A stretch of 64,000 bases of DNA from Rhodanobacteraceae bacterium ZG21-1 (lineage in GTDB: Bacteria > Pseudomonadota > Gammaproteobacteria > Xanthomonadales > Rhodanobacteraceae). Position numbers and translations under genes: made by a program. The DNA lies in assembly GCA_021390615.1 (NCBI GenBank), contig JAJEJU010000023.1, positions 356,686-420,685 of the forward strand, read 5' to 3'. Of this stretch, positions 1 to 9,202 are shown in pieces. The notes beneath the pieces are model-generated. The model saw only the letters and a list, made by a program, of their open reading frames with translations. It searched no databases and was not told the origin of the DNA. The number at the start of each line of letters is the position of its first letter. Within the stretch, counting starts at the first letter, position 1.

Positions 1-149
1 GATGCGCGGCCTCGATCTGGAATACCTTGAAGATGTGCATGAGCGCGTTCCGCGGCGGTGCGGACACGCCGCGCCGCAAGCAAGCCATGCCCGGTATTTG
101 GAGACGGATCCGAAGGACCGTCCGGCGGCGTGTCGCCGGAGAAGCGGCG

Positions 150-226
150 TGGTGGCTATGGGTGGACTCGAACCACCGACCCCAGCATTATGAGTGCTGT
201 GCTCTAACCGGCTGAGCTACATAGCC
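150..226 (-). tRNA. tRNA-Met (elongator type, anticodon CAT)
   Basis: The reverse complement reads GGCTATGTAGCTCAGCCGGTTAGAGCACAGCACTCATAATGCTGGGGTCGGTGGTTCGAGTCCACCCATAGCCACCA. It has a cloverleaf with a CAT anticodon loop, a GTTCGAGTC T-arm and an encoded CCA. The overall sequence closely resembles elongator tRNA-Met. Confidence 0.85.
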
Positions 227-406
227 GTCAATTCCAACCTCGGGGACCACAACGTGTCCGTCCGAGGGCGCGGCAGTGTAGTCGTGTCGGCGACTTCGTT
301 CAAGTCTCGGCTTGCCGCCTCTTTGCCCGCTATGGTTGAATCGAGCCAAGGGATCGAGCGCGACGGCAGAATGATCGCAGCGCGCCGGTGGATCCCGGGA
401 GACGTC

Positions 407-973
407 ATGATCGATGTAGATGGCTACCGTCCGAACGTGGGCATTGTTTTGCTGAATGCGCACGGGCGCCTGTTCTGGGCGCGCCGGATCCATCGTGACG
501 GCTGGCAGTTCCCCCAGGGCGGCATGCGCAGCGACGAGACGCCGCTGGAGGCCATGTACCGCGAGCTGCAGGAAGAAACCGGCCTCTCCCCCGAACACGT
601 TGAAGTGCTGGCGGCCACCCGCGGCTGGCTGCGCTATCGGCTGCCGAATCGCTACGTGCGGCACCAGCAGCGCCCGACCTGCATCGGCCAGAAGCAGGTG
701 TGGTTCCTGCTCAAGCTGGTCGGCGGCGAGGAGGCTTTACGCCTGGACGCCGCCGAGAAGCCCGAGTTCGACCTGTGGCGCTGGGTCGATTTCTGGTATC
801 CCGCCGCGCACGTGGTGAACTTCAAGCGTGATGTGTACGAACGGGCCCTGCGCTACTTCGCCCCCCTGGTGGAAAGCATGCTCAGCGTGGAGATAGGGCC
901 CCATCCGCAACGCGAGGGCTCGCATCCGGGCCAGCGCGGCCCGGTGAGCAGCGGCGGCTGCGAAGCTGCCTGA
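407..973 (+). CDS. rppH: RNA pyrophosphohydrolase (Nudix, RppH/NudH)
   Basis: The N-terminus [17 protein letters not shown]...WQFPQGG...[13 protein letters not shown] carries a Nudix box, and the C-terminal region ...[11 protein letters not shown]...FDLWRWV...[12 protein letters not shown] is near-collinear with E. coli RppH. The start was set at the conserved MIDxDGYRPN motif inside the longer track ORF 194..973. Confidence 0.85.
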   Translation: MIDVDGYRPNVGIVLLNAHGRLFWARRIHRDGWQFPQGGMRSDETPLEAMYRELQEETGLSPEHVEVLAATRGWLRYRLPNRYVRHQQRPTCIGQKQVWFLLKLVGGEEALRLDAAEKPEFDLWRWVDFWYPAAHVVNFKRDVYERALRYFAPLVESMLSVEIGPHPQREGSHPGQRGPVSSGGCEAA

Positions 974-994
974 GCGCCAGGTCAAGCTTCTCAG

Positions 995-1016
995 TTGACA
1001 ATCATTCGCATTCGCG
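995..1016 (+). promoter_or_regulatory. Candidate Fur box upstream of bfd
   Basis: The sequence TTGACAATCATTCGCATTCGC, 15-35 bp upstream of the bfd ATG, partly matches the GATAATGATAATCATTATC Fur consensus through its AATCATT core. bfd genes are classically Fur-regulated. Confidence 0.3.
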
Positions 1017-1030
1017 TTCTTATACGCGGC

Positions 1031-1228
1031 ATGTACATCTGCCTGTGCAACGCCGTCACCGACCACGACATCCGCCGCGCCGCGGCCGATGGGGTGCGCT
1101 CGTTTGGTGAGCTGCAGGCCCGCACCGGTTGCTCCGACTGCTGCGGCTGCTGCGAATCGGAAGCCCGCGCGACGCTGGACGGCGCCCTCGCCCTGACCTT
1201 CATCCAGGGCGCACCACTGGCGGCCTGA
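1031..1228 (+). CDS. bfd: Bacterioferritin-associated ferredoxin (2Fe-2S)
   Basis: MYICLCNAVTD...GCSDCCGCCE shows the CxC...CxxC 2Fe-2S ligand pattern typical of Bfd. It lies directly upstream of bfr. The start was set at MYICLC, downstream of the track ORF start at 995. Confidence 0.8.
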   Translation: MYICLCNAVTDHDIRRAAADGVRSFGELQARTGCSDCCGCCESEARATLDGALALTFIQGAPLAA

Positions 1229-1362
1229 TCGTCGGCCTGCCGCTTCAGAGCGCTCCTGGCCCCATGCCGGATGCACCAGCAAAGCATTCCCATTTGCGTT
1301 ACGTCATGTGCGCCCGGGAATCCGTATAGTCCCCGGTCATCACTCACCGGAGGCCGCATCCC

Positions 1363-1833
1363 ATGAAAGGCGACGCCAAGGTCATCGAGTACCTCAACAA
1401 GGTGCTCTACAACGAACTGACCGCGATCAACCAGTACTTCCTGCATTACCGCATGTTCAAGGACTGGGGTTACCGGGAGCTGGCCGAGCACGAGTACAAG
1501 GAATCGATCGAGGAAATGAAGCACGCCGATCACCTGATCGAGCGCATCCTGTTCCTCGACGGCCTGCCCAACCTGCAGCACCTGGGCAAGCTGCGCATCG
1601 GCGAGAACGCGCTGGAATGCATCCAGGGCGACCTGGATCTGGAGTTGGCCGCGGTGAAGGACCTGCGCGAGGCGATCGCCTACAGCGAGGGCGTCGCCGA
1701 CTACATCAGCCGCGACATGTTCAAGACCATCCTGCACGACGAGGAAGAGCACATCGACTGGCTGGAAACCCAGCTCAGCCTGGTCAAGGACATCGGCGCC
1801 GAACGCTACCTGCAGAGCAAGATCGACAGCTGA
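1363..1833 (+). CDS. bfr: Bacterioferritin
   Basis: [37 protein letters not shown]...[17 protein letters not shown]... is a hallmark Bfr sequence, with a ferroxidase-centre Glu/His pattern and the haem-ligand Met52 context. Confidence 0.92.
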   Translation: MKGDAKVIEYLNKVLYNELTAINQYFLHYRMFKDWGYRELAEHEYKESIEEMKHADHLIERILFLDGLPNLQHLGKLRIGENALECIQGDLDLELAAVKDLREAIAYSEGVADYISRDMFKTILHDEEEHIDWLETQLSLVKDIGAERYLQSKIDS

Positions 1834-1859
1834 GCCGCGCGTTCTAAGTGACTGGCAGA

Positions 1860-1900
1860 ACACACACTTCGCACGAATAGTGCGGAGTGTGTCACTGTTC
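1860..1900 (+). terminator. Possible stem-loop terminator after bfr
   Basis: ACACACTTCGCAC-GAATA-GTGCGGAGTGTGT forms a 13-bp stem with one mismatch 27 bp after the bfr stop. The T-tract is weak. Confidence 0.3.
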
Positions 1901-1956
1901 CTTGACGCACCCGGTCGGGCGCGGCTATATCTCGGCTTTTGCCGGAACCCGTCCGC

Positions 1957-2712
1957 ATGGCCACACGACCGCCACCGCGCTTTGTCGTGCGTCCGCACAG
2001 CGACATCGGCCAACCGCGCCACTGGCTATGGCTGGGTCTGGCGTGGGCCGGCACCCTGGTGCTGGCCGGACTGATCGGCTTCGCCACGAGCGGCCGACAA
2101 GGTCCTGCCCACTCAGAGCAGGATCGCCTGCGCGCCCTGCAGACCCAGAACGACGATCTGCAGCAACAGGTGGCCAACCTGCAGCGCTCGCAGCAGGTCA
2201 ACGACATCGCCACCCGCTCGCTGCGCGAATCCCTCGCCGAACGCGAGGAGGAAATCAGCGGCCTGCGCACCGACCTGGGCTTCTATTCCCGCCTGATCGG
2301 CGGTGATGCCCAGCGCGAAGGCCTGAAGGTACAAGAGCTGCGCGTGCAGGCAGTGGCCGCCGATCCGCACGCCTGGAACTTCGCCATCAGCCTGACCCAG
2401 AACGTCAAGCGCGGCGAGGACGTGAGCGGCCTGGCGACCTTGTCGGTGGACGGCCTGCGCGCTGGCAAGGTGGTGCAGCTCGACTGGCCGGCGCTCGGCG
2501 AAACCGCCCAGAAGGACGGCATTCCGTTCCGCTTGAAATACTTCCAGCAGCTGCATGGCAGCCTGGTACTGCCGGCGGACTTCCGTCCGACCCGGCTGCA
2601 TGTCCGCGTTCAGCCGGAGGGCGACCAGCCGGTCGCCCGCGACGTCGCATGGAACGACGCGCTCGCCGGCAAACTCACCACCATCCAAGGGGACCACGAT
2701 GCTCAACCGTAA
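1957..2712 (+). CDS. Membrane-anchored coiled-coil protein (hypothetical)
   Basis: It has one N-terminal transmembrane helix (HWLWLGLAWAGTLVLAGLIGFA) followed by a Q/L-rich coiled-coil region. It overlaps the downstream bactofilin gene by 14 bp. The ATG was taken at 1957; the track ORF begins at a TTG at 1939. Confidence 0.55.
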   Translation: MATRPPPRFVVRPHSDIGQPRHWLWLGLAWAGTLVLAGLIGFATSGRQGPAHSEQDRLRALQTQNDDLQQQVANLQRSQQVNDIATRSLRESLAEREEEISGLRTDLGFYSRLIGGDAQREGLKVQELRVQAVAADPHAWNFAISLTQNVKRGEDVSGLATLSVDGLRAGKVVQLDWPALGETAQKDGIPFRLKYFQQLHGSLVLPADFRPTRLHVRVQPEGDQPVARDVAWNDALAGKLTTIQGDHDAQP

Positions 2713-3127
2713 ACGCACCGACCGGGCCGGCGACGGCCACGACACCAGCCTGATCGCCCGCGGCACCGTGCTGCGCGGCGACCTGCACTTCAGCGGCACC
2801 CTGCATCTTGACGGCTGCATCGAAGGCGCCGTGCTGGCCGAGGGCGACGATGCGGTGTTCACGCTCAGCGAGAACGGCCGCGTGCAGGGCGACATCCGCG
2901 TGCCGCACGCCGTGATCAACGGCCAGGTCCAGGGCGACATCCACGTCGGCAACAAGCTGGAACTGGCGGCCCGCGCGCGCATCGTCGGCGACGTGCACTA
3001 CAGCCTGCTGGAGATGGCCGTCGGCGCCCAGGTGAACGGCCGCATGACCCACACCGCCGAGGCCGCGGCCCCGCTGCCGCGCCTGACCAGCGATGCGCCC
3101 GCCGTGGCCGAGACCGTGCCGGCCTGA
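2699..3127 (+). CDS. Bactofilin family cytoskeletal protein
   Basis: Repeated beta-helical motifs GDLHFSGTLHLDGCIEGAV...GRVQGDIRV...GQVQGDIHVGNKLEL...ARIVGDVHY are typical of the bactofilin (DUF583/CcmA) fold. Confidence 0.8.
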   Translation: MLNRKRTDRAGDGHDTSLIARGTVLRGDLHFSGTLHLDGCIEGAVLAEGDDAVFTLSENGRVQGDIRVPHAVINGQVQGDIHVGNKLELAARARIVGDVHYSLLEMAVGAQVNGRMTHTAEAAAPLPRLTSDAPAVAETVPA

Positions 3128-3490
3128 GAACTCGTTCGCGAGCTCCGAGCCTCTCACACCGGGAACGGTTTGCGCGCAGCCGGGCAAGGACGCGGAGGTG
3201 GGTGTCGATCCGCGACGGATGGCAGACACCCGGATGCGGGCGAACAGCCTGCATGCGAGCTGCCATCAAGCGGCTGCCGTGCGGCAGCGTGCCTTGATCT
3301 GGCCAAGCCGTCAGTCCGGCGCCATGCACGACCGCCCGGCTGCCGGTCGATGACGTCGCCAGGTGCCGGGAGATCATGAACAGGCTCCCGGCGAGTCCTC
3401 GCCATCAAACAGTCAAGCGGCGGTCACCCTTCGACCGTCGGGAATCGCGCTATCCTTGAGGCCTGCGAGGCCAGACCGCATATCCAACTC

Positions 3491-3859
3491 ATGGAAACTC
3501 TGCTCACCATCCCCGATTACCGCCAGGCCGGCGCGCCGCTGGTGTTCACCGAGGCCGCCGCGCGCAAGGTGCACGAACTGATCCAGGAAGAAGGCAATCC
3601 GGAGCTGAAGCTGCGCGTCTACATCAGCGGCGGCGGCTGCTCCGGCTTCCAGTACGGCTTCACCTTCGACGAAGCGCAGGCCGAGGACGACTTCGCACTG
3701 GCCCGCGAAGGCGTCACCCTGCTGGTCGACCCGCTCTCGCTGCAATACCTCACCGGCGCCGAGATCGACTACGCCGAGAACCTCAGCGGCTCGCAGTTCG
3801 TCATCCGCAATCCCAACGCCAAGACCACCTGCGGCTGCGGCTCCTCCTTCTCGACCTGA
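3491..3859 (+). CDS. erpA: Iron-sulfur cluster insertion protein ErpA (A-type carrier)
   Basis: The C-terminal CGCGxSF motif ([10 protein letters not shown]) plus an upstream Cys (GGGCSGFQY) match HesB/IscA/ErpA family length and pattern. Confidence 0.85.
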   Translation: METLLTIPDYRQAGAPLVFTEAAARKVHELIQEEGNPELKLRVYISGGGCSGFQYGFTFDEAQAEDDFALAREGVTLLVDPLSLQYLTGAEIDYAENLSGSQFVIRNPNAKTTCGCGSSFST

Positions 3860-3871
3860 GCGCGCCACGGC

Positions 3872-4846
3872 ATGCAGCGGACCACGCAGCCTGAGACCAA
3901 CACCTTCGCCGGACTCAGCCTGATCCTGGATCGCGTGGCCGAGCGCCGCGACGAGCAGGACTGGGTGCAGGGCCAGATCGAATCGCCCGATGCCCGCTAC
4001 CTGCTGATCGACAGCGCCGGCGACACTTGGCTGCTGCGCGACGGCAGCGGGCTGCGCTGGCTCGATCCGACCGAACGGCAGCTGCTGGCGGACACGCCGG
4101 CCACCTTGCTCGGGCTGATCGGAACGCAGCCGCACTTCCTGCTGACGGTCGACCAGGCGCCGGTCGCCGAGGCGCTGGATTTCAAGCTCGACGCCGTGCG
4201 CGCCAGCCTGCGCAGTGCCGGCCTGCAGCTGCCGACGGCCGAGGCAGGCCTGTTCGCCTACGCCAAGGGCCTGGCCCACTGGCAGCGCGAAACCCGCCAC
4301 TGCGCCTACTGCGGCGCGCCGCTGAGCCTGGTCGCCTCCGGCCATCGCGCGCAGTGCAGCGACGCGAGCTGCGGCCGCATGCATTTCCCGCGTACCGACG
4401 CGGCGATCATCGTGATCGTCGAGCACGAGGGCGCATGCCTGCTCGGACGTCAGGCCGGCTGGCCGAAGGGGCGCTATTCCACCCTGGCCGGCTTCGTCGA
4501 GCCGGGCGAATCGCTGGAAGATGCGGTGCGCCGCGAGGTGGCCGAAGAATCCGGCGTCATCGTCGACCAGGTGCACTATCACTCCTCCCAGCCCTGGCCG
4601 ATGCCGGCCTCGCTGATGGTCGGCTTCACCGCCACCGCCCGCGGGCCGGAGATCCGGCTGCGCGACCGCGAGCTGGAGGATGCGCGCTGGTTCACCCCGC
4701 AGCAGATCGTCGACGGGCTGGCCGACGGCAGTTTCGCGCCGCCGACCGCGCTGTCGGTGTCCTACCGCCTGCTCTCGCACTGGCTGCGCGAGCGCGCCCA
4801 GCTCGAGCTCGACGCGCTGGTCGCTGCCGCACGCAAGACCGCATAG
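3872..4846 (+). CDS. nudC: NAD+ diphosphatase (NADH pyrophosphatase, Nudix)
   Basis: It has a central zinc ribbon (CAYCGAP...CSDASCGRMHFPR) followed by a Nudix box (GFVEPGESLEDAVRREVAEESG) and SQPWPMP, the canonical NudC architecture. Confidence 0.85.
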   Translation: MQRTTQPETNTFAGLSLILDRVAERRDEQDWVQGQIESPDARYLLIDSAGDTWLLRDGSGLRWLDPTERQLLADTPATLLGLIGTQPHFLLTVDQAPVAEALDFKLDAVRASLRSAGLQLPTAEAGLFAYAKGLAHWQRETRHCAYCGAPLSLVASGHRAQCSDASCGRMHFPRTDAAIIVIVEHEGACLLGRQAGWPKGRYSTLAGFVEPGESLEDAVRREVAEESGVIVDQVHYHSSQPWPMPASLMVGFTATARGPEIRLRDRELEDARWFTPQQIVDGLADGSFAPPTALSVSYRLLSHWLRERAQLELDALVAAARKTA

Positions 4847-4892
4847 CCCTCGCACTCCCCTACAATCGACGGACTTCGCCGGAGCCCGTTCC

Positions 4893-5762
4893 ATGGCCGT
4901 CAGCCTGCTCGCCGCCCTCATCGCCCTAGGCCTGCTGCACCTGCGCCCGCAACTCGCGCACTGGCGCGGCGACGGCGGCTTCCGCCAGTGGGTGGCGCAG
5001 CTGCGCGACACCAGCGGCCCCGGCCGCGTGCTGCTTACCCTGCTGGTGCCAGTGGCCTTGTGCATGCTGCTGTCCTGGCTGTTCGGGCGGCTGCCGCTGG
5101 GCGACCTGCTGCGGCTGATCTTCGCCCTGGTCGTGCTGCTCTACAGCTTCGGCCCGCACGCCTTCGAAGCCGACCTGGAAGCGATCCTGCGCGCACCGGA
5201 CGAGGTCAGCCGCAGCGCCGCCGCGCAGGCCCTGGGTGAAGACGGCGAGCGGGTGCCCTGGCGCGCCGTCGAACTGGGCGAAGCCACCGCCTATGCCGCG
5301 CTGCGCCGGCGCTTCGGCGTGCTGCTGTGGTTCTTCCTGCTCGGCCCCGCCGGGGCGCTGCTCTATCGCCTGGCGCGGGCACTGGCGCGGGACAGCTCGC
5401 TCGACCTGGACAGCGCGAGCCGCACGCCGGCGCTGCATGTCGCCAACGCGCTGGACTGGCTGCCGGCGCAGCTGATGGTGTTCACCCTGGCCCTGGTCGG
5501 GCACTGGGAGGCCGTGATCGCCGCCTGGCGCCGCTGGCACGACCAGGCGGCGCCGACCAGCTGGTACGGCGAAGGCCCCGGCTTCCTCGGCGCCGCCGCG
5601 CGCGCCGACATCCAGACCGATATCCAGGCCGGCGACGGTTACGCCGAAGAGCGTTGCGACCCGCTGGTGGAACTGCGTCGCCTGCGCGCCGCGCTGCTGC
5701 GCGCTCTGCTGGCGTGGCTCAGCGTGGTGGCGCTGATCGTGCTGTCGGGGTGGATCGGCTAG
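4893..5762 (+). CDS. AmpE-like inner-membrane protein (hypothetical)
   Basis: It is a multi-transmembrane protein (MAVSLLAALIALGLLHL..., LLTLLVPVALCMLLSWLF, LLWFFLLGPAGALLY, C-terminal LLAWLSVVALIVLSGWIG) with the length and topology of the AmpE/COG3725 family. The start was set at the ATG with the hydrophobic N-terminus. Confidence 0.45.
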   Translation: MAVSLLAALIALGLLHLRPQLAHWRGDGGFRQWVAQLRDTSGPGRVLLTLLVPVALCMLLSWLFGRLPLGDLLRLIFALVVLLYSFGPHAFEADLEAILRAPDEVSRSAAAQALGEDGERVPWRAVELGEATAYAALRRRFGVLLWFFLLGPAGALLYRLARALARDSSLDLDSASRTPALHVANALDWLPAQLMVFTLALVGHWEAVIAAWRRWHDQAAPTSWYGEGPGFLGAAARADIQTDIQAGDGYAEERCDPLVELRRLRAALLRALLAWLSVVALIVLSGWIG

Positions 5763-6289
5763 GGCCTTTGGGGGGCGCTTCGCTGGCGCTGGCGCCAGAG
5801 CGAGATTTGCTGGTCGTCGCTTGAAGGCTTCTGTAGGGAGCGCCGTGGTCAGCGGTCAGCCGAAGTCTGCGCGAGGCTTGCTCAAGCTTCGCGGAATGCT
5901 TCCGATCGAGTGGTGGGCTTTCACAAGCTCAGGCTTTGAGGCGCGAGCTTTCGATTGCCTACGGCGCGCTCAAGCCGCTTCTCTTGATTTGATCCACAAT
6001 GTCGCATCAACGGCGACGCATGGATGGATGCTGGCGCAGGCTGGCACTCTAGGCGATTTCACGACTTGGCTCGCCTCCGACCGCAGTAGTCCCTGTGGGA
6101 CAGTAGGCTTTGGGTCTCTGCTTAGGGTCGAGTTATTCGCATCCTGGCTCGCCTCCGGCGGGGTTTCGGTCGCCTCCCGGCGCCCGAGCCACTTTTCTTT
6201 GCTGGCCCACGACGCCGCAGGAGCGGCGGCGAACGGCGCAGCCGGCCCGAAGGGCGGAGGGCAGGATGCCCGGAGTCAAGAAAAGTAGC

Positions 6290-6900
6290 CCAAAGAAATG
6301 GCCTTTGGAGCACGCCGAACATACAAGCCTGAACTGCCAAGCCTTGTTGACGATGGGCGCTCCTCAAGAGGAGCTATTACCGCTACACCGCGATCGCTTG
6401 AGAATTGCATCGAGCACGCCGGAGATACAAGCCCGAACCGCAGCGCTTTGCTGACCAAGGGCGCTCCTCAAGAGGAGCTACTGAGGCTACACCGCGAACG
6501 CTCGATGACTGCGGCGGGGCCAACCCGGCTCGCTACGCATCGCCGGGCCTGGAAGGTCGAGGCAAATACGGAGCGGGATGTCACCGCAAAGCGCATGACG
6601 TTGCGGGCATCCAAATAAGCCCATTTGAATGCGCAATTTTGAATTGCCAACTCCAAATTGCCAAAGCGCCTCTCTTGCGCCAGTTCCCGAGCGATGACGG
6701 TGTAGCCGCAGTAGCTCCTCTTGAGGAGCGCCCTTCGTCCGCAAAGCGTCATCTCACAAGGTCTATCCCCGGCGTGCTCGATGCAGTTCCCGAGCGGCCG
6801 CGGGGTAGCCCCATTAGCTCCTCTTGAGTAGTGCCCTTCGTCGACAAGGCATTGCGGTTCAGGCCTGTATGTTCGGCGTGCTCAACAAGGCCGTTTCTCT
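6290..6900. repeat. Array of about four ~100-bp repeat units (two direct, two inverted) forming a large imperfect palindrome
   Basis: Direct units lie at about 6308-6411 and 6412-6515 (GAGCACGCCGAACATACAAGCC...GGGCGCTCCTCAAGAGGAGCTA...GCTACACCGCGATCGCTTGA). Reverse-complement units lie at about 6683-6779 and 6780-6883. Each unit contains the perfect 16-bp palindrome GCTCCTCAAGAGGAGC. The outer flanks (AAAGAAATGGCCTTT / AAGGCCGTTTCTCTT) are also inverted. Confidence 0.75.
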
Positions 6901-7088
6901 TGGTGACTTCTCTTTGGGCCAGCAAAGAGAAGTCACTCTCGCCGCGGCAGCGGCACGAAACCAAGGCAAGTCCGCGAAGGGGTGACTCCTCTGCGAGCGC
7001 CGCATCACGCCGACGTAGCGCCACCTCACCCAACCCTCATTCGTACCGTTCGCATCCAGCGCGCCAGCGCCAACAAGCAAATGCCCGC

Positions 7089-8981
7089 TCAGGCAAGATC
7101 CCCGCGCAACACGCGCACCCGCGCCTCCAGCGAGGCCGCGCTCACCTGCTCCGGCGCCACCGCAGGGTCCACCACCAGTTCCACGCGGGCGCGGAAGCGG
7201 CGCGGCAGGCGCGCGCGGTGCAGCATGGAGTCGCGGCGGCTCCACACGCTGCCCCACAGGCCGCGCAAGGCCATCGGCACCACCGGCACCGGCCGGCGCG
7301 CCAGGATCTTCTCCACGCCGGGACGGAACGGCGCCACCTCGCCATCCATGGTCAGGCCGCCCTCGGGGAAGATGCACACCACTTCGCCGGCGGCCAGCGC
7401 GGCGTCGATGGCGTCGTAGGCCTGCTGCAGCACGGCGGGGTCTTCTTTCTGGCCGGCAATCGGGATCGCCTTGGCGGTGCGGAACACGAAGCGCAGCAGC
7501 GGGATGTTGAAGATCTTGTAGTACATCACGAAGCGCGCCGGGCGCCGCAGGTTGGCCATCAGCAGCAGCGGGTCCATGAAGCTGACGTGGTTGCACACCA
7601 GCAGCGCCGCGCCCTCTTCCGGCAGGTTGCGCATGCCGTCCACGCGCACCCGGTACAGCACGTTCACCAGCACCCAGGTGATGAAACGCATCAGGAATTC
7701 GGGCACCAGGGTGAAGATGTACACCGCCACCGCCACGTTCAGCAGGGCCGCGCACAGGAAGATCTGCGGCGCGTCCAGGCCGAGCGCGCCGAGACCGAGG
7801 CCGAAGCCGGCGGCCAGGCAGATCAGCACGGCGTTGAGGATGTTGTTGCCGGCGATCACTCGCGACAGCTGCTCGCGCGGCGTGCGCGCCTGCACGTAGG
7901 CGAACAGCGGCACCACGTAGAAGCCGGAGAACACGCCGATCAGGGTGAGGTCGAGCATCACCCGCCAGTTGCCGGCGCCATGCAGGAAGGCCAGCCAGTC
8001 CAGCCCCTGCACGGCGGCATGGCCGTGCCGCGCCAGGTACAGGTCGACGCCGAACGCGGTCAGGCCGAACGCGCCCATCGGCACCAGGCCGATCTCCACG
8101 CGTCGCCCCGACAGGCGCTCGCACAGCAGCGAGCCGATGCCGGTGCCCAGCGAAAACAGGGTCAGCACCAGGGTGTTCACCGAGCCGTCGCCGCCCAGCG
8201 TCTCGCGGGTATAGCCGGGCAGTTGCGCGATCAGCACGGTGCCGAAGAACCAGAACCAGGAGATGCCCAGGATCGCGTTGAACACCGCGTGGTCGCTGCG
8301 GGTGATGCCGAGCACCCGCGAAGTCTCGCTGAACGGGTTCCAGTTGAACTTGAGCTGCGGCGCGGTGGCCGGCGCCGGCGGAATGCGGCGACTGACCAGG
8401 TAGCCCGCGAGCGCCACCGCGATGGTCAGCGCTGCCGACAGCAGCGGGCCGAGCTCGACCTGGCTGTCCTTGAACTTGATCAGCATCAGCGCGCTGCCGG
8501 CGATCATGCCGATCAGGATCGCCAGCTGGGTGCCCATCTCGACCAGGCCGTTGCCGCCGACCAGTTCCTCCGGCTTCAAAGCCTGCGGCAGGATCGCGTA
8601 CTTGATCGGGCCGAACATGGTCGAGTGCAGGCCCATCATCAGCAGCACCAGCAGCAGCAGGCTCACGTGATGGGTGTAGAAGCCGAAGGCCGCCAGCAGC
8701 ATCGCAGCGATCTCGAACAGCTTCACGTAGCGGATGATCCGCGTCTTCTCGTACTTTTCGGCCAGTTGCCCCGCAGTGGCGGAAAACAGGAAGAACGGCA
8801 GGATGAACAGCGCCGGCGCCAGGTTCGTGTAGATCGAAGCGGAACGCTCGCTCAGTCCCATCTGGAACGCCACCAGGGTCAGCATGGCGTTGCGGAACGC
8901 GTTGTCGTTGAAGGCGCCCAGCGCCTGGGTCCAGAAGAACGGGGCGAAGCGCCGGCTGCCGAGCAGTTTGAATTGACTCAT
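7089..8981 (-). CDS. Fusion protein: LplT-like MFS lysophospholipid transporter + lysophospholipid acyltransferase (PlsC-type)
   Basis: The N-terminal ~400 aa form a 12-transmembrane MFS fold (MSQFKLLGSRRFAPFFWTQALGAFNDNAF...). The C-terminal ~200 aa carry the acyltransferase HX4D motif (VCNHVSFMDPLLL) and an FPEGG motif. Codon usage fits the host. Confidence 0.8.
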   Translation of the reverse strand: MSQFKLLGSRRFAPFFWTQALGAFNDNAFRNAMLTLVAFQMGLSERSASIYTNLAPALFILPFFLFSATAGQLAEKYEKTRIIRYVKLFEIAAMLLAAFGFYTHHVSLLLLVLLMMGLHSTMFGPIKYAILPQALKPEELVGGNGLVEMGTQLAILIGMIAGSALMLIKFKDSQVELGPLLSAALTIAVALAGYLVSRRIPPAPATAPQLKFNWNPFSETSRVLGITRSDHAVFNAILGISWFWFFGTVLIAQLPGYTRETLGGDGSVNTLVLTLFSLGTGIGSLLCERLSGRRVEIGLVPMGAFGLTAFGVDLYLARHGHAAVQGLDWLAFLHGAGNWRVMLDLTLIGVFSGFYVVPLFAYVQARTPREQLSRVIAGNNILNAVLICLAAGFGLGLGALGLDAPQIFLCAALLNVAVAVYIFTLVPEFLMRFITWVLVNVLYRVRVDGMRNLPEEGAALLVCNHVSFMDPLLLMANLRRPARFVMYYKIFNIPLLRFVFRTAKAIPIAGQKEDPAVLQQAYDAIDAALAAGEVVCIFPEGGLTMDGEVAPFRPGVEKILARRPVPVVPMALRGLWGSVWSRRDSMLHRARLPRRFRARVELVVDPAVAPEQVSAASLEARVRVLRGDLA

Positions 8982-9202
8982 GCGGTCCCCTGGCGGTCAG
9001 GTCGATGGCTAGCCCAGCACGATGCGCGGCCGGACGACCGGCGCAAGCTTGCCACAACCTCCACCCGCCGCAGCGCAGCCTGCCTGGTAGGCGGCCTCCA
9101 TGCCCTGCGATCGCGCGTGTCCGTATGCAGCATGCCATCATGATACCTATTGCCAGCGCAGCAGCGCGGTACTTCAAGCCTCATTCCGGACAGGATGCCC
9201 CC

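Noticed and set aside
3413-5065. 550-aa minus-strand ORF
   Set aside because: It is antisense to erpA and nudC, which both have strong family signatures.
5821-6827. Several 100-155-aa ORFs in the repeat region (5821..6288, 6298..6618, 6405..6827, 6749..7033)
   Set aside because: Their peptides repeat (…KGAPQEELLRLHRE…) because the DNA is a repeat array. There is no start context and they overlap one another. They are treated as non-coding repeat.
6290-6900. Possible CRISPR array
   Set aside because: The repeats are ~100 bp rather than 24-48 bp and occur in mixed orientation. The intervening sequences are not unique spacers, and no cas genes are nearby.
6831-9177. 770-aa plus-strand and 772-aa minus-strand ORFs overlapping the LplT-acyltransferase gene
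   Set aside because: They are alternative frames or strands of the same region. Only the 7089..8981 minus frame shows MFS and HX4D acyltransferase motifs; the others are R/H/Q/P-rich low-complexity.
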